A stretch of 64,000 nucleotides of DNA from Chloroflexota bacterium (GTDB lineage: Bacteria; Chloroflexota; Dehalococcoidia; Lucifugimonadales; UBA3495): contig JAQBVF010000003.1 in the NCBI GenBank assembly GCA_027623675.1, positions 32,001 to 96,000 of the forward strand. Direction: 5' to 3'. Numbering within the stretch: the stretch's first letter is position 1; each line of letters starts with the position of its first letter. The notes under the pieces were generated by a model. It searched no databases, was not told where the DNA came from, and saw only the letters and a program-made list of their open reading frames with translations. Below, in pieces: positions 39,045-48,709 of this stretch. The position numbers were made by a program, and so were the translations under genes.

Positions 39045-39818
39045 CTAGCGGTCCCTGGCGAGCACCAGCCCCCAAACGCTGGCGGCCCCGGCGGACCTAA
39101 GGGCCTCGGCACAGGCGGAGAGGGTGCTGCCCGTGGTCGCGACATCGTCGATGAGCAGTATGGACATGCCCTGGATGTCGGACGATCCAGGGCCGGCGGC
39201 CTGGAAGCTGCGGGCCACGTTTTCGCGGCGTTCGGCCTGGGAGCGGGTGTCCACCTGGGGCGGCCGGTCTTCGGCGCGTACCAGAAGGTCGTCACGCACC
39301 GGCAGGTCCAGCGATCTCCCGGCCTCCCTGGCCAGCAGGAGCGATTGGTTGTAGCCCCGGCGGCGCAATCGGCGGTGATGGAGCGGGACCGGGACCAAAA
39401 CTGAGTCTTCCAGCCGGACCGGGCCGTTCGCCCCAGCCGGGCCGGTGGTCTGGACCTGAAGCTGGTGATGTTTCAGGTAATCGGCCAGCATTCGCCCCAA
39501 CACCGGGGCGGCCACACGCCACCCCCGGTATTTGAGCCGGTGGATGGTTTCGCGGATGTCGCCTTCGAACAGGTACGGGGCTCTGATTCCATCCAACTTC
39601 GGTGGGCGGGTGCGGCAGTCTCCGCATCTACCGGTCACACCGGGTTCGGCGCAGACATCGCAGTAGGGTGGCTCCAACCGTCTGAGGCCGGCCGTGCATT
39701 CTGGGCATAGAACATGGCCCTCTCTGCGGCAGCCAACGCAATTCAACGGCAGCAGCAGTTCCAATGCCGAGCGGACTAAACTTTTCAGATTGGGCGGTCT
39801 CGATAAGGCGGGCATCAT
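39045..39818 (-). CDS. comF: ComF family phosphoribosyltransferase-like protein
   Basis: Double zinc ribbon (CVGC/CPEC/CDVC/CGDC), VPVPLH..R...RGYNQ and LIDDVATTGST. Confidence 0.9.
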   Translation of the reverse strand: MMPALSRPPNLKSLVRSALELLLPLNCVGCRREGHVLCPECTAGLRRLEPPYCDVCAEPGVTGRCGDCRTRPPKLDGIRAPYLFEGDIRETIHRLKYRGWRVAAPVLGRMLADYLKHHQLQVQTTGPAGANGPVRLEDSVLVPVPLHHRRLRRRGYNQSLLLAREAGRSLDLPVRDDLLVRAEDRPPQVDTRSQAERRENVARSFQAAGPGSSDIQGMSILLIDDVATTGSTLSACAEALRSAGAASVWGLVLARDR

Positions 39819-39881
39819 CTCTTCGGCTGAAGGTGGTTCGGGGCAAGAACCTGGGGTATTTCAGGCAAAAAATAGTCCGGC

Positions 39882-39918
39882 TTGACCGAGGATGAGGGCC
39901 TCCGTAACATTAATGTTA
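39882..39918 (+). promoter_or_regulatory. Sigma70-like promoter with overlapping perfect palindrome
   Basis: TTGACC-N17-TAACAT; palindrome TAACATTAATGTTA at 39905-39918. Confidence 0.55.
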
Positions 39919-39989
39919 GAAGGGTCACAGCTATCGCCCTCCTATCTCCAAATGCTCCGCCCGGTTATCCCTCCGGGTGGAGCTTTTTT
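39917..39989 (+). ncRNA. Candidate small regulatory RNA (about 70 nt)
   Basis: Lies between the promoter and a terminator (gctccgcccgg...ccgggtggagc-tttttt), has no ORF, and carries CCCUCC motifs. Confidence 0.45.
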
Positions 39990-40239
39990 GTCTGATGTAT
40001 GCCTGATGCTCGTGGAGAAAAGCAAACAAGACCGGGTAATAATACCTGATTATCTGCCGTAATCCGTAGTCGTTACCCTCATATTGAGGCTAAAACTTGA
40101 CCGGTGAGCCGTTGATGGTTAACATAACTTATAGACATGTCGTCTCCTATCTCCGGCGCGCCGTCTGGTCATTTCGACCAGGCGGCGTTTCCATGTGCGG
40201 GGATTCTTCCTGTGGGGCGTCCCCCGGACTTTTCCGGAG

Positions 40240-40740
40240 TCATCCCGTTCCTTCCAGGTCATCTCTCCACCGGACCAAGATATCTTGGTCTCTGGGAAAG
40301 GCCAGTTCCGGCAGATGGTCCACGTCGAAGAACCCGACTTCCAGCGCCTCCGGCCCGGCTTCGAGCGTTCCACCGGTCTCCCGAGCGGCGTAGGCGGCCA
40401 CGATCACCGGATTGCCCTCATCCGAGAACAGACCCAGCAGTTCTTTGGTCTCAACCTCGAGTCCCGTTTCCTCCCAGACCTCCCGCGCCGCAGCCTTCTC
40501 CACCACCTCGCCCCGGTCCACGTAGCCGCCGGGCAGCCCCCAGAGTCCGTAGCCAACGTCGGTGGCCCGCCGGATCATCAGCACCCGGCCTTCCCGGTGC
40601 ACGATACAGATGGCCGCTACCTTGGGGTCGTAGAATATTACGCGTTGGCAACCGGCGCACACCAGGCGTTCTTGTCCAAAGACATCTTCGGTTTCCAGCG
40701 TGGCTGCGCATGATGGGCAAAATCTGTCGGTTTGGTTCAT
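40240..40740 (-). CDS. NUDIX hydrolase with N-terminal zinc ribbon
   Basis: FCPSC...CAGC and GGYVDRGE...AAAREVWEETG Nudix box. Confidence 0.9.
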   Translation of the reverse strand: MNQTDRFCPSCAATLETEDVFGQERLVCAGCQRVIFYDPKVAAICIVHREGRVLMIRRATDVGYGLWGLPGGYVDRGEVVEKAAAREVWEETGLEVETKELLGLFSDEGNPVIVAAYAARETGGTLEAGPEALEVGFFDVDHLPELAFPRDQDILVRWRDDLEGTG

Positions 40741-40987
40741 CAGACCACTCGCTCGATCGGACTTGCGGGGCGTGGGGGTTTGGATAAAGCCGCCGCTGAT
40801 TATAATATGCCCTGGCCCGGTGGCATCCACCCGCTTGCCGGCCGAATGCCGCAAGAAAAACGGACCGAGACCTGAGGAGCATAGCTAGATCATTCACCAT
40901 ATCATCAAAGAAGGGTGCGCCAGACTGGGGCGTTTCGCGAGCCCTTACGTCTACGCAACCGGATTTCTGGCGTCAACAGCGGCGGCG

Positions 40988-41491
40988 GTGCTGGTGGTCA
41001 TTCTCATGGTGGTCCTTGGCGAATACACCAAGACCAGAGGCCGGATGCTGCTCACGGCCGTGATGTTTTCGGCGTATTTCTTCGTGAGCGTGGGGCCGGT
41101 CTGGTCGGCGCAAAGAGGGGGCGGTCAGAGGATCCACCGGCTGGCATTGGCCGCCGGCGCAGTTGCCATGTTGCTGCTGCTGGCGGGGGTCTGGGGCACG
41201 CCGAACTCCGACGCCTTCTGGAAGAGCGCCGCCATCGTGACCGTGCTGGCGCTGGTCTTGGCCTATCTGTCGTTGCTGGACCGCGAGCCGGGAGCACTGG
41301 CCCGTGGTTTCGCCGTCAAGGCCGTCGCGGCGGCAACATTACTGGTCTGCGTGGGCATCGCCGCCGGCATCACATGGCCGCCCTACTGGTGGGTCTTCAC
41401 CCTGTCGGTGATCGTGTGGCTGGGCGCGCTGGCCGGCACGCCGGCGATCTGGCTTGCCAAGCGGTTGGGCAGCCGGATTCAGGCCCGCTGA
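40988..41491 (+). CDS. Hypothetical membrane protein (start may lie upstream)
   Basis: Five to six hydrophobic segments. Confidence 0.65.
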   Translation: MLVVILMVVLGEYTKTRGRMLLTAVMFSAYFFVSVGPVWSAQRGGGQRIHRLALAAGAVAMLLLLAGVWGTPNSDAFWKSAAIVTVLALVLAYLSLLDREPGALARGFAVKAVAAATLLVCVGIAAGITWPPYWWVFTLSVIVWLGALAGTPAIWLAKRLGSRIQAR

Positions 41492-42414
41492 CTTCGGAGG
41501 AGTTCCTCGACCAACCGCCGCTCCGGCATGGAGTCTTGCGCCCCGGTTTTGGTCACGGCCAGCGCTCCGGCGGCGCAGGCGATGGTCACCGCCGTTGGCA
41601 GGTCTTTGCCCTCGGACAGGGAAACGGCCAGCGCACCGTTGAAAGCGTCGCCGGCGGCCACGGAGTCTATGGCATCCACGCTGAAAGGCAAGACCATGCC
41701 TTGGCTGTTTCGGCTGGCGTAATAGGCGCCCTGGGCTCCCAGCTTAACCACCACCGTGCCCACGCCTCGGCCCAGCAACTCGGATGCGGCCCTGGCGGCC
41801 GATTCCGGCCCGGTAACCGCGAACCCGGCCAACGCTTGAGCTTCGGTCTCGTTGGGGGTGATCACGTCGCAGAGATTGAAAAATCCGTCGGGCACCGGCC
41901 GGACCGGCCCCGGATCGAGCATGACGGTTACTCCCATCTCGTGGGCGGCGCGGGCAACTTCCAGCGACAGTTCCGGCGAGACCTCCAGTTGCAGCAATAA
42001 GGCCGATGCGCCTGGCAAAGCCCGCCGGACAGCCTGGGCTTCCTCAGGTCCGCAGGTGCCGTTGGCGCCCAGGATCTGAGTGATGCAGTTCTGCGCCGTC
42101 TCATCGACGCCGATCACCGCGATCCCCGAGCTTTTGTCTTGATTGACCCTGATGCCTGAGATATCCACTCCGGCGCCGGCCAGAACGTCCAGCAACTGTG
42201 GGCCAAACATATCCTCGCCGACCCGGCCCACCATGGCCGGCCTGGCGCCCATGCGGGCCGCGGCCACGGCCTGGTTGGCGCCCTTGCCGCCGGCGTAGGT
42301 GACGAAGCGGCTGCCCACAACCGTCTCGCCCGGCTGGGGAAACCGGGGTGAAAAGGTCACCAGGTCCATGTTGATGCCGCCCAGGACTACTATCTTTGGC
42401 TGTTGTGGGGTCAT
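41479..42414 (-). CDS. rbsK: Ribokinase
   Basis: GGINMDL, GGKGANQAVAAAR, LQLE, PNETEA and DSVAAGDAFNG motifs. Confidence 0.92.
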   Translation of the reverse strand: MTPQQPKIVVLGGINMDLVTFSPRFPQPGETVVGSRFVTYAGGKGANQAVAAARMGARPAMVGRVGEDMFGPQLLDVLAGAGVDISGIRVNQDKSSGIAVIGVDETAQNCITQILGANGTCGPEEAQAVRRALPGASALLLQLEVSPELSLEVARAAHEMGVTVMLDPGPVRPVPDGFFNLCDVITPNETEAQALAGFAVTGPESAARAASELLGRGVGTVVVKLGAQGAYYASRNSQGMVLPFSVDAIDSVAAGDAFNGALAVSLSEGKDLPTAVTIACAAGALAVTKTGAQDSMPERRLVEELLRSQRA

Positions 42415-42575
42415 TTCACGTCCGTAATCTACCCATGGCGGCATCACGCTAGCACCAAGGCCTGGAAGGGGTCAATCCATGGCCCCAGCAAAGAGAATAC
42501 TAGACCCGTGCTATAATCGCCCAGGCGTATTAGGACGCCTGGCTCACGAGTAAAACCGTTAGTTTCGGAGTAGAC

Positions 42576-43766
42576 ATGATGGCGGCGTTGGACAAGATCA
42601 GAGTCGTCGACCTGACCCGCACACTAGCCGGTCCATTCTGCACCATGCTGCTGGGCGACATGGGCGCCGATGTGATTAAGATTGAAGAACCGTCGGCCGG
42701 CGACGAGACCCGGAAGTGGTACCCGTTCCAGAACGGCGAGAGCACCCAGTTCATGACGTTCAACCGGAACAAGCGTAGTCTGACCGTCAATCTCAAGGAG
42801 CCCGAGGGCATCAAGATAATCAAGGAGTTGGCTGCTGACGCCGACGTGATGATCGAGAGTTTCCGGGCCGGCGCATTAGACCGGATGGGCTTGGGATACA
42901 GCGAGATCAGCGCCATTAATCCGGGCATCGTTTACTGTTCGATCTCAGGCTATGGACGCACCGGCCCGATGGCCGACATGCCGGGCTACGACCTGATAAT
43001 CCAAGCCTACAGCGGGCTGATGGACCTGACGGGCGAGCCCGACGGCGACCCCATGCGCGTCGGATTCTCGCTGGTCGACCTCTTCGCCGGCATGATGTCC
43101 TATGGGACCATCGTGACCGCGCTCATGCAGCGTGTCCAGACCGGCAAGGGGCAGTGGGTGGAAGGATCGCTCCTGGATGGACAGGTTGCCGCCCTCAGCT
43201 ATCATGCCTCCGCATTCATGGGGACCGGCGTGGAGCCCAAACGAATGGGCGCGGGTCACCCCAGTCTGGTGCCCTACCAGAGTTTTGCCGCATCGGACGG
43301 CAACTTCATCGTGGGTTGCGCCAACCAGGGGCTGTACGAGCGACTCTGCAAGGCATTGGGGCGGTCAGACCTGGTCGAAGACCCGCGGTTCGCGACCAAC
43401 ACCGACCGGGTCGAACACCGCGACGAATGTGTTGGCGTGTTCAAAGAGATCTTCAGCCGAAACACCACCGAGCACTGGGTCTCGCTCATCGTCAAGGCCG
43501 GCGTGCCCTGCGGACCCATCAACACGGTCTCCCAGGTGGTCTCCAACCCCCAGGTGTTGGCCCGCAACATGATCGCCGAGGTTGAGCATCCCAACGTACC
43601 CAACATGAGGTTTCCGGCCTCGCCGCTCAAGCTGACCGACTCTCCGGCCACGGTCCGCCTGGCGCCGCCGCTCTTGGGCCAGCACAACGAGCAGGTCTTG
43701 GAGGAGGCGGGTTATTCGCCGGACAAGATCGCCGATCTGATCAAGCGGGGAGTTATCGGAAGCTAG
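42576..43766 (+). CDS. CaiB/BaiF class III CoA-transferase
   Basis: DLTR.LAGP, LGDMGADVIKIE, NRNKRS and GYD..IQA motifs. Confidence 0.92.
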   Translation: MMAALDKIRVVDLTRTLAGPFCTMLLGDMGADVIKIEEPSAGDETRKWYPFQNGESTQFMTFNRNKRSLTVNLKEPEGIKIIKELAADADVMIESFRAGALDRMGLGYSEISAINPGIVYCSISGYGRTGPMADMPGYDLIIQAYSGLMDLTGEPDGDPMRVGFSLVDLFAGMMSYGTIVTALMQRVQTGKGQWVEGSLLDGQVAALSYHASAFMGTGVEPKRMGAGHPSLVPYQSFAASDGNFIVGCANQGLYERLCKALGRSDLVEDPRFATNTDRVEHRDECVGVFKEIFSRNTTEHWVSLIVKAGVPCGPINTVSQVVSNPQVLARNMIAEVEHPNVPNMRFPASPLKLTDSPATVRLAPPLLGQHNEQVLEEAGYSPDKIADLIKRGVIGS

Positions 43767-43816
43767 GGTCCGGCCCTTGTTCAGCAGCGCCGATGCCCGT
43801 ATCCTGGAATGAGAAT

Positions 43817-44533
43817 ATGCCTTCAAAAAAGCTACGGCTGATACATACTTCAGATACCCACCTGGGCGATTCCCACGGCCATCCTGAATCGTCCGATGCC
43901 CTGGTCTCGGTGGTGGACGCCATAGCCCACAACGGCGGCGACATGCTGCTGCTGGTGGGCGATGTGTTCGATAACGAGCGTGTTTCCGACGACGTGCTCG
44001 AGTGGTTCGTGGAGCAGATCGGCCGGACGCAGGTGCCCGCGGTGGTCCTGCCCGGCAACCACGACCTGATTCATGAGACCTCGGTATATCACCGCCAAGC
44101 CTTTAAGAATCCCCCCGGCAACCTGTTCGTTCTCAGGGGAACCGAGGGCGAAACGCTGTCGTTCCCCGGCCTGGGCATCGATCTCTGGGGTCGGGCCATG
44201 CCCATGCACACTCCGGATTTCAGGCCATTGGCGGGGATGCCGGCGCCCGATTCCGATAATTGGCTGGTGGCCTTGGCCCACGGCCATTTCCACTACGAAG
44301 AGGACCGCGACCAGAGGTCTTCCCCCATCTACCCGCAGGAGATCGCCGACGCCGGTTGCCACTACCTGGCTCTCGGCCACTGGGACCGGCATGTGGACGT
44401 GTCGCAGGGGGACGTAACCGCCGTGTACTCAGGATGTCCCCTCGGCCCCATCGGCAGTCCCGGCGCGGGCGAGGTCACCGTGGTCGACCTGGACCCGCAG
44501 ACCGGAGTTTCCTACCGGCAGGTCGCGATTTAA
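43817..44533 (+). CDS. Calcineurin-like metallophosphoesterase (SbcD/Mre11 nuclease-domain-like)
   Basis: HTSDTHLG, GDVFD, PGNHD, AHG, ALGHW and YSG motifs. Confidence 0.85.
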   Translation: MPSKKLRLIHTSDTHLGDSHGHPESSDALVSVVDAIAHNGGDMLLLVGDVFDNERVSDDVLEWFVEQIGRTQVPAVVLPGNHDLIHETSVYHRQAFKNPPGNLFVLRGTEGETLSFPGLGIDLWGRAMPMHTPDFRPLAGMPAPDSDNWLVALAHGHFHYEEDRDQRSSPIYPQEIADAGCHYLALGHWDRHVDVSQGDVTAVYSGCPLGPIGSPGAGEVTVVDLDPQTGVSYRQVAI

Positions 44534-44560
44534 CTAGGCGGCCCTACTTCCCAACCCCAT

Positions 44561-46090
44561 CTACGGCTGCCCCGTGATCATTGCCGACGCCCGCTCTCCG
44601 ATCATGATGGTAGTAGCGTTGGTGTTGGCGGTAGTGATATCCGGCATGACCGACGCGTCAATGACCCGCAGTCCCTCCACCCCCCGTACCCGGCACCACT
44701 GATCAACCACCGAATTCTTGTCAGATTCCGGCCCCATCCGGCAGGTGCCACAGGTGTGTCCGGCGATGGACAGGGTGCTGGCGATCCAAACCTCCAATAG
44801 CTCGTCGGATTCCATCTGCTCCGTTGTGGGAGAGATGCGGCTGTCGATGACCGCCTCGAATCCCGGGTCCTCGAATATCTGGGCGCACTCCCGCACCGCC
44901 TCCCGCAGCCGTTCCTTATCCGACCGGTCTACCAAGAAGCGGTAGTCCAGCCTGGGCTGAACGCTTGGGTCCGCCGCCGCGAGGGTCAGTTCGCCGGTGC
45001 CCAGGGGAAACTCCAACCGGCAGCCGACGCGTATCTCGTCGGCCTCGTGGCCCATGGGACCGGAGGTTAGCGGCTGGACCTGGATGTCATTCTTGAACGT
45101 GGAGCCCTTGGCGGTAAAACGCAGGCCGACCTGGTTCCTGGGGGAGCCGGGTTCCAGCGAGTATCCGGCCACCGGCTTGAAGCGAAGTGACACCGCCGGG
45201 TGGTTCTTCATGTTCTGGCCCACGGCCGGCGATTCGTGCACCACCGGGATGCCCAGGCGTTCCAGCGGCTCGCGAGGCCCGACGCCCGAGAGCATCAGAA
45301 GCTGGGGAGAGGCGATGGCTCCAGCGCTCAGGATAATCATCTCTCCGGACAGGTTGAACACCTCACCGCCGCTCTCGGCCTCAACTCCCACAGCCTTCTT
45401 GCCCTCAAAGACGACCCGCCGCACGTTCACGTTTGGCTTGATGGTCAGGTTGAGGCGGTTGCGGCTGGGATTGATGTATCCGATGGCGGTGCTGACCCGC
45501 ACGCCGTCAACAAGATTCAGTGGAATGGCGCCGACACCCTCGCCGTCTGGGTCGTTCATGTCCGGGTCGTCCCGGTAGCCGGCGGCCAGGCAAGCTGAGT
45601 GGAAGGCCCTCTGCAGCGGCAGCCAGTTCTCTCGCTTGTGCCGCATCAGGGTTATCGGGCCGGTGGCGCCGTGGAAATCGCCGGAGTAGTCCCGGTCGGT
45701 CTCCAGTTTCCTGAAATAGGGCAGCACCTTGGTGTAGGACCATTCGTCGTTACCCAACTCGGCCCAGTGTTCGAAGTCCCTGGGCAGGCCCCGGAGGAAG
45801 ATCTGGTGATTGATGGCGCTGGTGCCGCCGAACACCTTGCCCCGGGCCACCGCCGCGTTCCTGTTGCCGTTGGGGTCGGTGGTCCCTTCAAATGACCAAT
45901 TGTGGGGTGCGCCGGACTCGGACGCCCGCTGGTTCAGGTCATGCTTGATCTCGTCGGGCATCAGGTCCATGTCCGGGTAATCGGGGCCCGCCTCCAGCAA
46001 CAGCACCGACCGGCTGGGGTCTTCGGATAGCCTGGCGGCCAGCACGCATCCGGCAGAGCCGGCGCCAACGATGATCACGTCGTATCTCAT
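44561..46090 (-). CDS. GMC family oxidoreductase (choline dehydrogenase/MftG-like)
   Basis: GAGSAG, LEAGPDY, GGTSAIN, H..GTC.MG, DAS.MP and NTNATTIMIGE motifs. Confidence 0.92.
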   Translation of the reverse strand: MRYDVIIVGAGSAGCVLAARLSEDPSRSVLLLEAGPDYPDMDLMPDEIKHDLNQRASESGAPHNWSFEGTTDPNGNRNAAVARGKVFGGTSAINHQIFLRGLPRDFEHWAELGNDEWSYTKVLPYFRKLETDRDYSGDFHGATGPITLMRHKRENWLPLQRAFHSACLAAGYRDDPDMNDPDGEGVGAIPLNLVDGVRVSTAIGYINPSRNRLNLTIKPNVNVRRVVFEGKKAVGVEAESGGEVFNLSGEMIILSAGAIASPQLLMLSGVGPREPLERLGIPVVHESPAVGQNMKNHPAVSLRFKPVAGYSLEPGSPRNQVGLRFTAKGSTFKNDIQVQPLTSGPMGHEADEIRVGCRLEFPLGTGELTLAAADPSVQPRLDYRFLVDRSDKERLREAVRECAQIFEDPGFEAVIDSRISPTTEQMESDELLEVWIASTLSIAGHTCGTCRMGPESDKNSVVDQWCRVRGVEGLRVIDASVMPDITTANTNATTIMIGERASAMITGQP

Positions 46091-46194
46091 CTCACCCTCC
46101 CTAGGTATGGCCAGTGTGCCTGGCCCACATGCGCGCCAATTATAACTTGCTCCGGTTAGAATAACGGAGCAAGAATCTCGAAGGGGGCAACACA

Positions 46195-47145
46195 ATGCCA
46201 ACCGTAAACACAGTATTGGGGCCGGTGGAGACTGGTGACATGGGCTTCACCCTAAGCCACGAGCATCTGGCCACCAACGCCGCCGGCATCCTGCGCACGT
46301 TCCCGGAGTTGATCGACCGTCCGGGGATCATTGAACAGGCCAAGGACACGTTGAAGGAAGCCTACGACGAAGGGCTACGGACAATCATCGACGTTAGCAC
46401 CATCGACCTGGGCCGGGACGTCGAGATGATGAAAGAGGTCTCCCAGGCCACGGGCGTCAAGATCGTCGCCGCCACCGGGAACCACCTGGCCGTGCCGCGC
46501 CCGTTCATCGACCTGACGCCCGATGTCATCGCCGATCTATACGTGCGGGAGATTGAGGTGGGCATCGAGGGGACCGGCGTGAAAGCCGGCATCATCAAGG
46601 TGGCCAGCGATGCGGGCGGGGTCACGGAGGCCCAGGAGATCGTGCTGCGCGCCGCCGGGCAGGCTTGTGTCAGGACCGGCATCCGCATCTCCACCCACAC
46701 CTGGTCGCCCGACCGGGTGGGAGAGCAGCAGGTGCGGATCCTCAAGGAGGAGGGCGTGGACATGAACCTGGTGTACGTCGGCCACAGCAACGACGACACG
46801 GACATGGGCTACCTGTTGGGGCTGCTGGACCAGGGGGTTTGGCTGGGCCTGGACCGGTTCCCCGGCGGACGGCGCGCCAACACACCCCTGTGGGAAGAAC
46901 GCACTCAACTGACAAAGAACCTGATCGACGCCGGCCGCGCCGACCGGATCATGCTCTCCCACGACCATTCGGTGCCCAAGGCCCGCTTCGGCGCCGCCGT
47001 GCAGGAAGAGCGCTACAGATACAATCCCGACGGCTACAACTTCATCACCCGTAACGTCCTGCCCCGCCTGAGAGAGCTGGGCGTCTCTGAAGAAACCGTC
47101 CAGCAGATTATGGTCGACAACCCAAGGCGGTTCTTCGGGGGGTAG
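46195..47145 (+). CDS. Phosphotriesterase-like (PTE/PHP) metallohydrolase
   Basis: HEHL, GIIKVA, STH, VGH, LSHD and DNPRRF motifs. Confidence 0.9.
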   Translation: MPTVNTVLGPVETGDMGFTLSHEHLATNAAGILRTFPELIDRPGIIEQAKDTLKEAYDEGLRTIIDVSTIDLGRDVEMMKEVSQATGVKIVAATGNHLAVPRPFIDLTPDVIADLYVREIEVGIEGTGVKAGIIKVASDAGGVTEAQEIVLRAAGQACVRTGIRISTHTWSPDRVGEQQVRILKEEGVDMNLVYVGHSNDDTDMGYLLGLLDQGVWLGLDRFPGGRRANTPLWEERTQLTKNLIDAGRADRIMLSHDHSVPKARFGAAVQEERYRYNPDGYNFITRNVLPRLRELGVSEETVQQIMVDNPRRFFGG

Positions 47146-47272
47146 GAGGATGGTGGCCAACGGACCGGCATGCGCGGTGCGTACCTGCCGGTCCCGGTAG
47201 GCGACCGTACCATGCGCCTCTTTGGTTGTACCTAAATAGTTAGTTTCTTGTTACTCAACAGCACAGAAAGAT

Positions 47273-47546
47273 GAGTCATCCCAGAGTTTCATCATGGGCA
47301 TCTGCCGAGCAACCACACTCGCTACCCGTCATTCTGATCCTTCCGCAGAAGGAGAAGAATCTCCTTGCTTGACTTCATGGTGGCTATCGTTCCGTAGGAC
47401 CGGCAGTTGGTCTCCCATCAGCGACGAGATTCCTCGCTTCGCTCGGAATGACCAAGGCGGGCGGAATGACCAAGGCGGGCGGAATGACCAAGGCGGGCGA
47501 AATGACAAATGTGGCGGCATCCACCCAGCAAACTTCGGGATGACTC
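47273..47546. repeat. MITE/REP-like composite element with terminal inverted repeats and an internal 18-bp tandem repeat
   Basis: gagtcatcccagagttt ... aaacttcgggatgactc (15/17 inverted match); cggaatgaccaaggcggg x3 at 47444-47497. Confidence 0.6.
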
Positions 47547-47592
47547 GTGCTTTTTGTTAGTGAGATGCCGGTCCCTGGAAACGAGTTAAGGC

Positions 47593-47811
47593 TTACTCCC
47601 AGACTCGATCGAAAGTCCGGCTACTACGAAGGATTCTTAGCTTTCCTTTGCAACCCCCGGTCGGGCACCAGGCAAATCGCTCCGGGTATCGCCCTGACTG
47701 TAGGTCATGGATCACGTCATTTGGCACGTACTTACCGCAGTACGGGCATGGAGGCGCGATTGGGTCTTTGTCATTGCCCTCTTTTGGACGCCGTACCCTT
47801 CCTGTTGACAT
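47593..47811 (-). CDS. Small Cys-rich (zinc-ribbon-like) protein, 72 aa
   Basis: GGAGG 10 nt before the ATG; CPYC...CPTGGC. Confidence 0.55.
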   Translation of the reverse strand: MSTGRVRRPKEGNDKDPIAPPCPYCGKYVPNDVIHDLQSGRYPERFAWCPTGGCKGKLRILRSSRTFDRVWE

Positions 47812-47936
47812 ATTCTGGCTTCCTCCGATACACGCGTAACCTAGCAGGCGATATCTCCGCTGCTTGTGTGATTCGATTTCTAAGCTGGCTAAAGGCCGGC
47901 CGCGAAAATCTTTTGGCTGATAGCCGGCGGCGACGC

Positions 47937-48707
47937 CTAGGTGGCCGAGTACCCGCCGTCCACGGCCAGTACGGAGCCGGTGACATAGTTGGACGCTTGG
48001 CTGGCCAGGAAGACGGCGGCGCCGCCCAGCTCCGACGCCTCGCCCCAGCGGCCCGTGGGTATGCGGCGGCTGATGTTGTCGTGGCGCTCGGGGTCGCCCT
48101 CGGGGATGCCGCGGGTGAGGTCGGTTACGAACCAGCCGGGAAGGATGGAGTTCACCTGGATGTTGTCCTTGGCCCAGGCGACCGCCAGGCTCTTGGTTAG
48201 TTGCACAACGCCACCCTTGCTGGCAGCGTAGGGCGCGCCCCAATCGCTGCCGAACAGCGAATACATGGAACCGACATTGATGATCTTGCCGCCTCCGGCC
48301 TTGACCATGTGGGGGTAGGCCTCTCGAGACGCCAGGAAAGTGGCCCGCAGGTTCACGTCCACCACCGCGTCCCACTGGGCGGCGGTGAGGTCCTGAGGCA
48401 TTGCCCTGACTGCGATGCCCGAGTTGTTCACCAGGATGTCGAGTCGGCCCATGTGGTCGATGGTGCTGGTGACCATTCGCTGCACCGCCGGTTCTAGGGT
48501 GACGTCCACCGTGATCCCGTGCGCCTCCACCCCCAACGCGCGGATGTCCTCCAGCGCCTGGGCGGTCTTCTCCACGCTGCGGGCGGCGACCACGATGTTG
48601 GCGCCCGCGCCGGCCAGCCCCATGGCGATGCCCAAGCCAAGGCCCCCGTTGCCGCCGGTGACCACGGCGACTTTGCCCGTCAGATCGAACTGCTTCTGCA
48701 TCGTCAC
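47937..48707 (-). CDS. SDR family oxidoreductase (KduD/Gno-like)
   Basis: TGGNGGLG, NNSG, YAASK and VDGGY motifs. Confidence 0.92.
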   Translation of the reverse strand: MTMQKQFDLTGKVAVVTGGNGGLGLGIAMGLAGAGANIVVAARSVEKTAQALEDIRALGVEAHGITVDVTLEPAVQRMVTSTIDHMGRLDILVNNSGIAVRAMPQDLTAAQWDAVVDVNLRATFLASREAYPHMVKAGGGKIINVGSMYSLFGSDWGAPYAASKGGVVQLTKSLAVAWAKDNIQVNSILPGWFVTDLTRGIPEGDPERHDNISRRIPTGRWGEASELGGAAVFLASQASNYVTGSVLAVDGGYSAT

Positions 48708-48709
48708 TG

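Noticed and set aside
43817..44533. Calling this gene sbcD, partner of the sbcC at 13746
   Set aside because: It is 27 kb away and lacks the C-terminal SbcC-binding region; kept as a generic metallophosphoesterase.
47444..47510. Regular repeats resembling a CRISPR array
   Set aside because: The units are 18-bp head-to-tail copies with no unique spacers, and no cas genes are nearby.
47593..48375. 260-aa ORF in the ORF track
   Set aside because: Its 5' part is an alternate frame overlapping the SDR gene; only the 72-aa end with its own RBS is credible.
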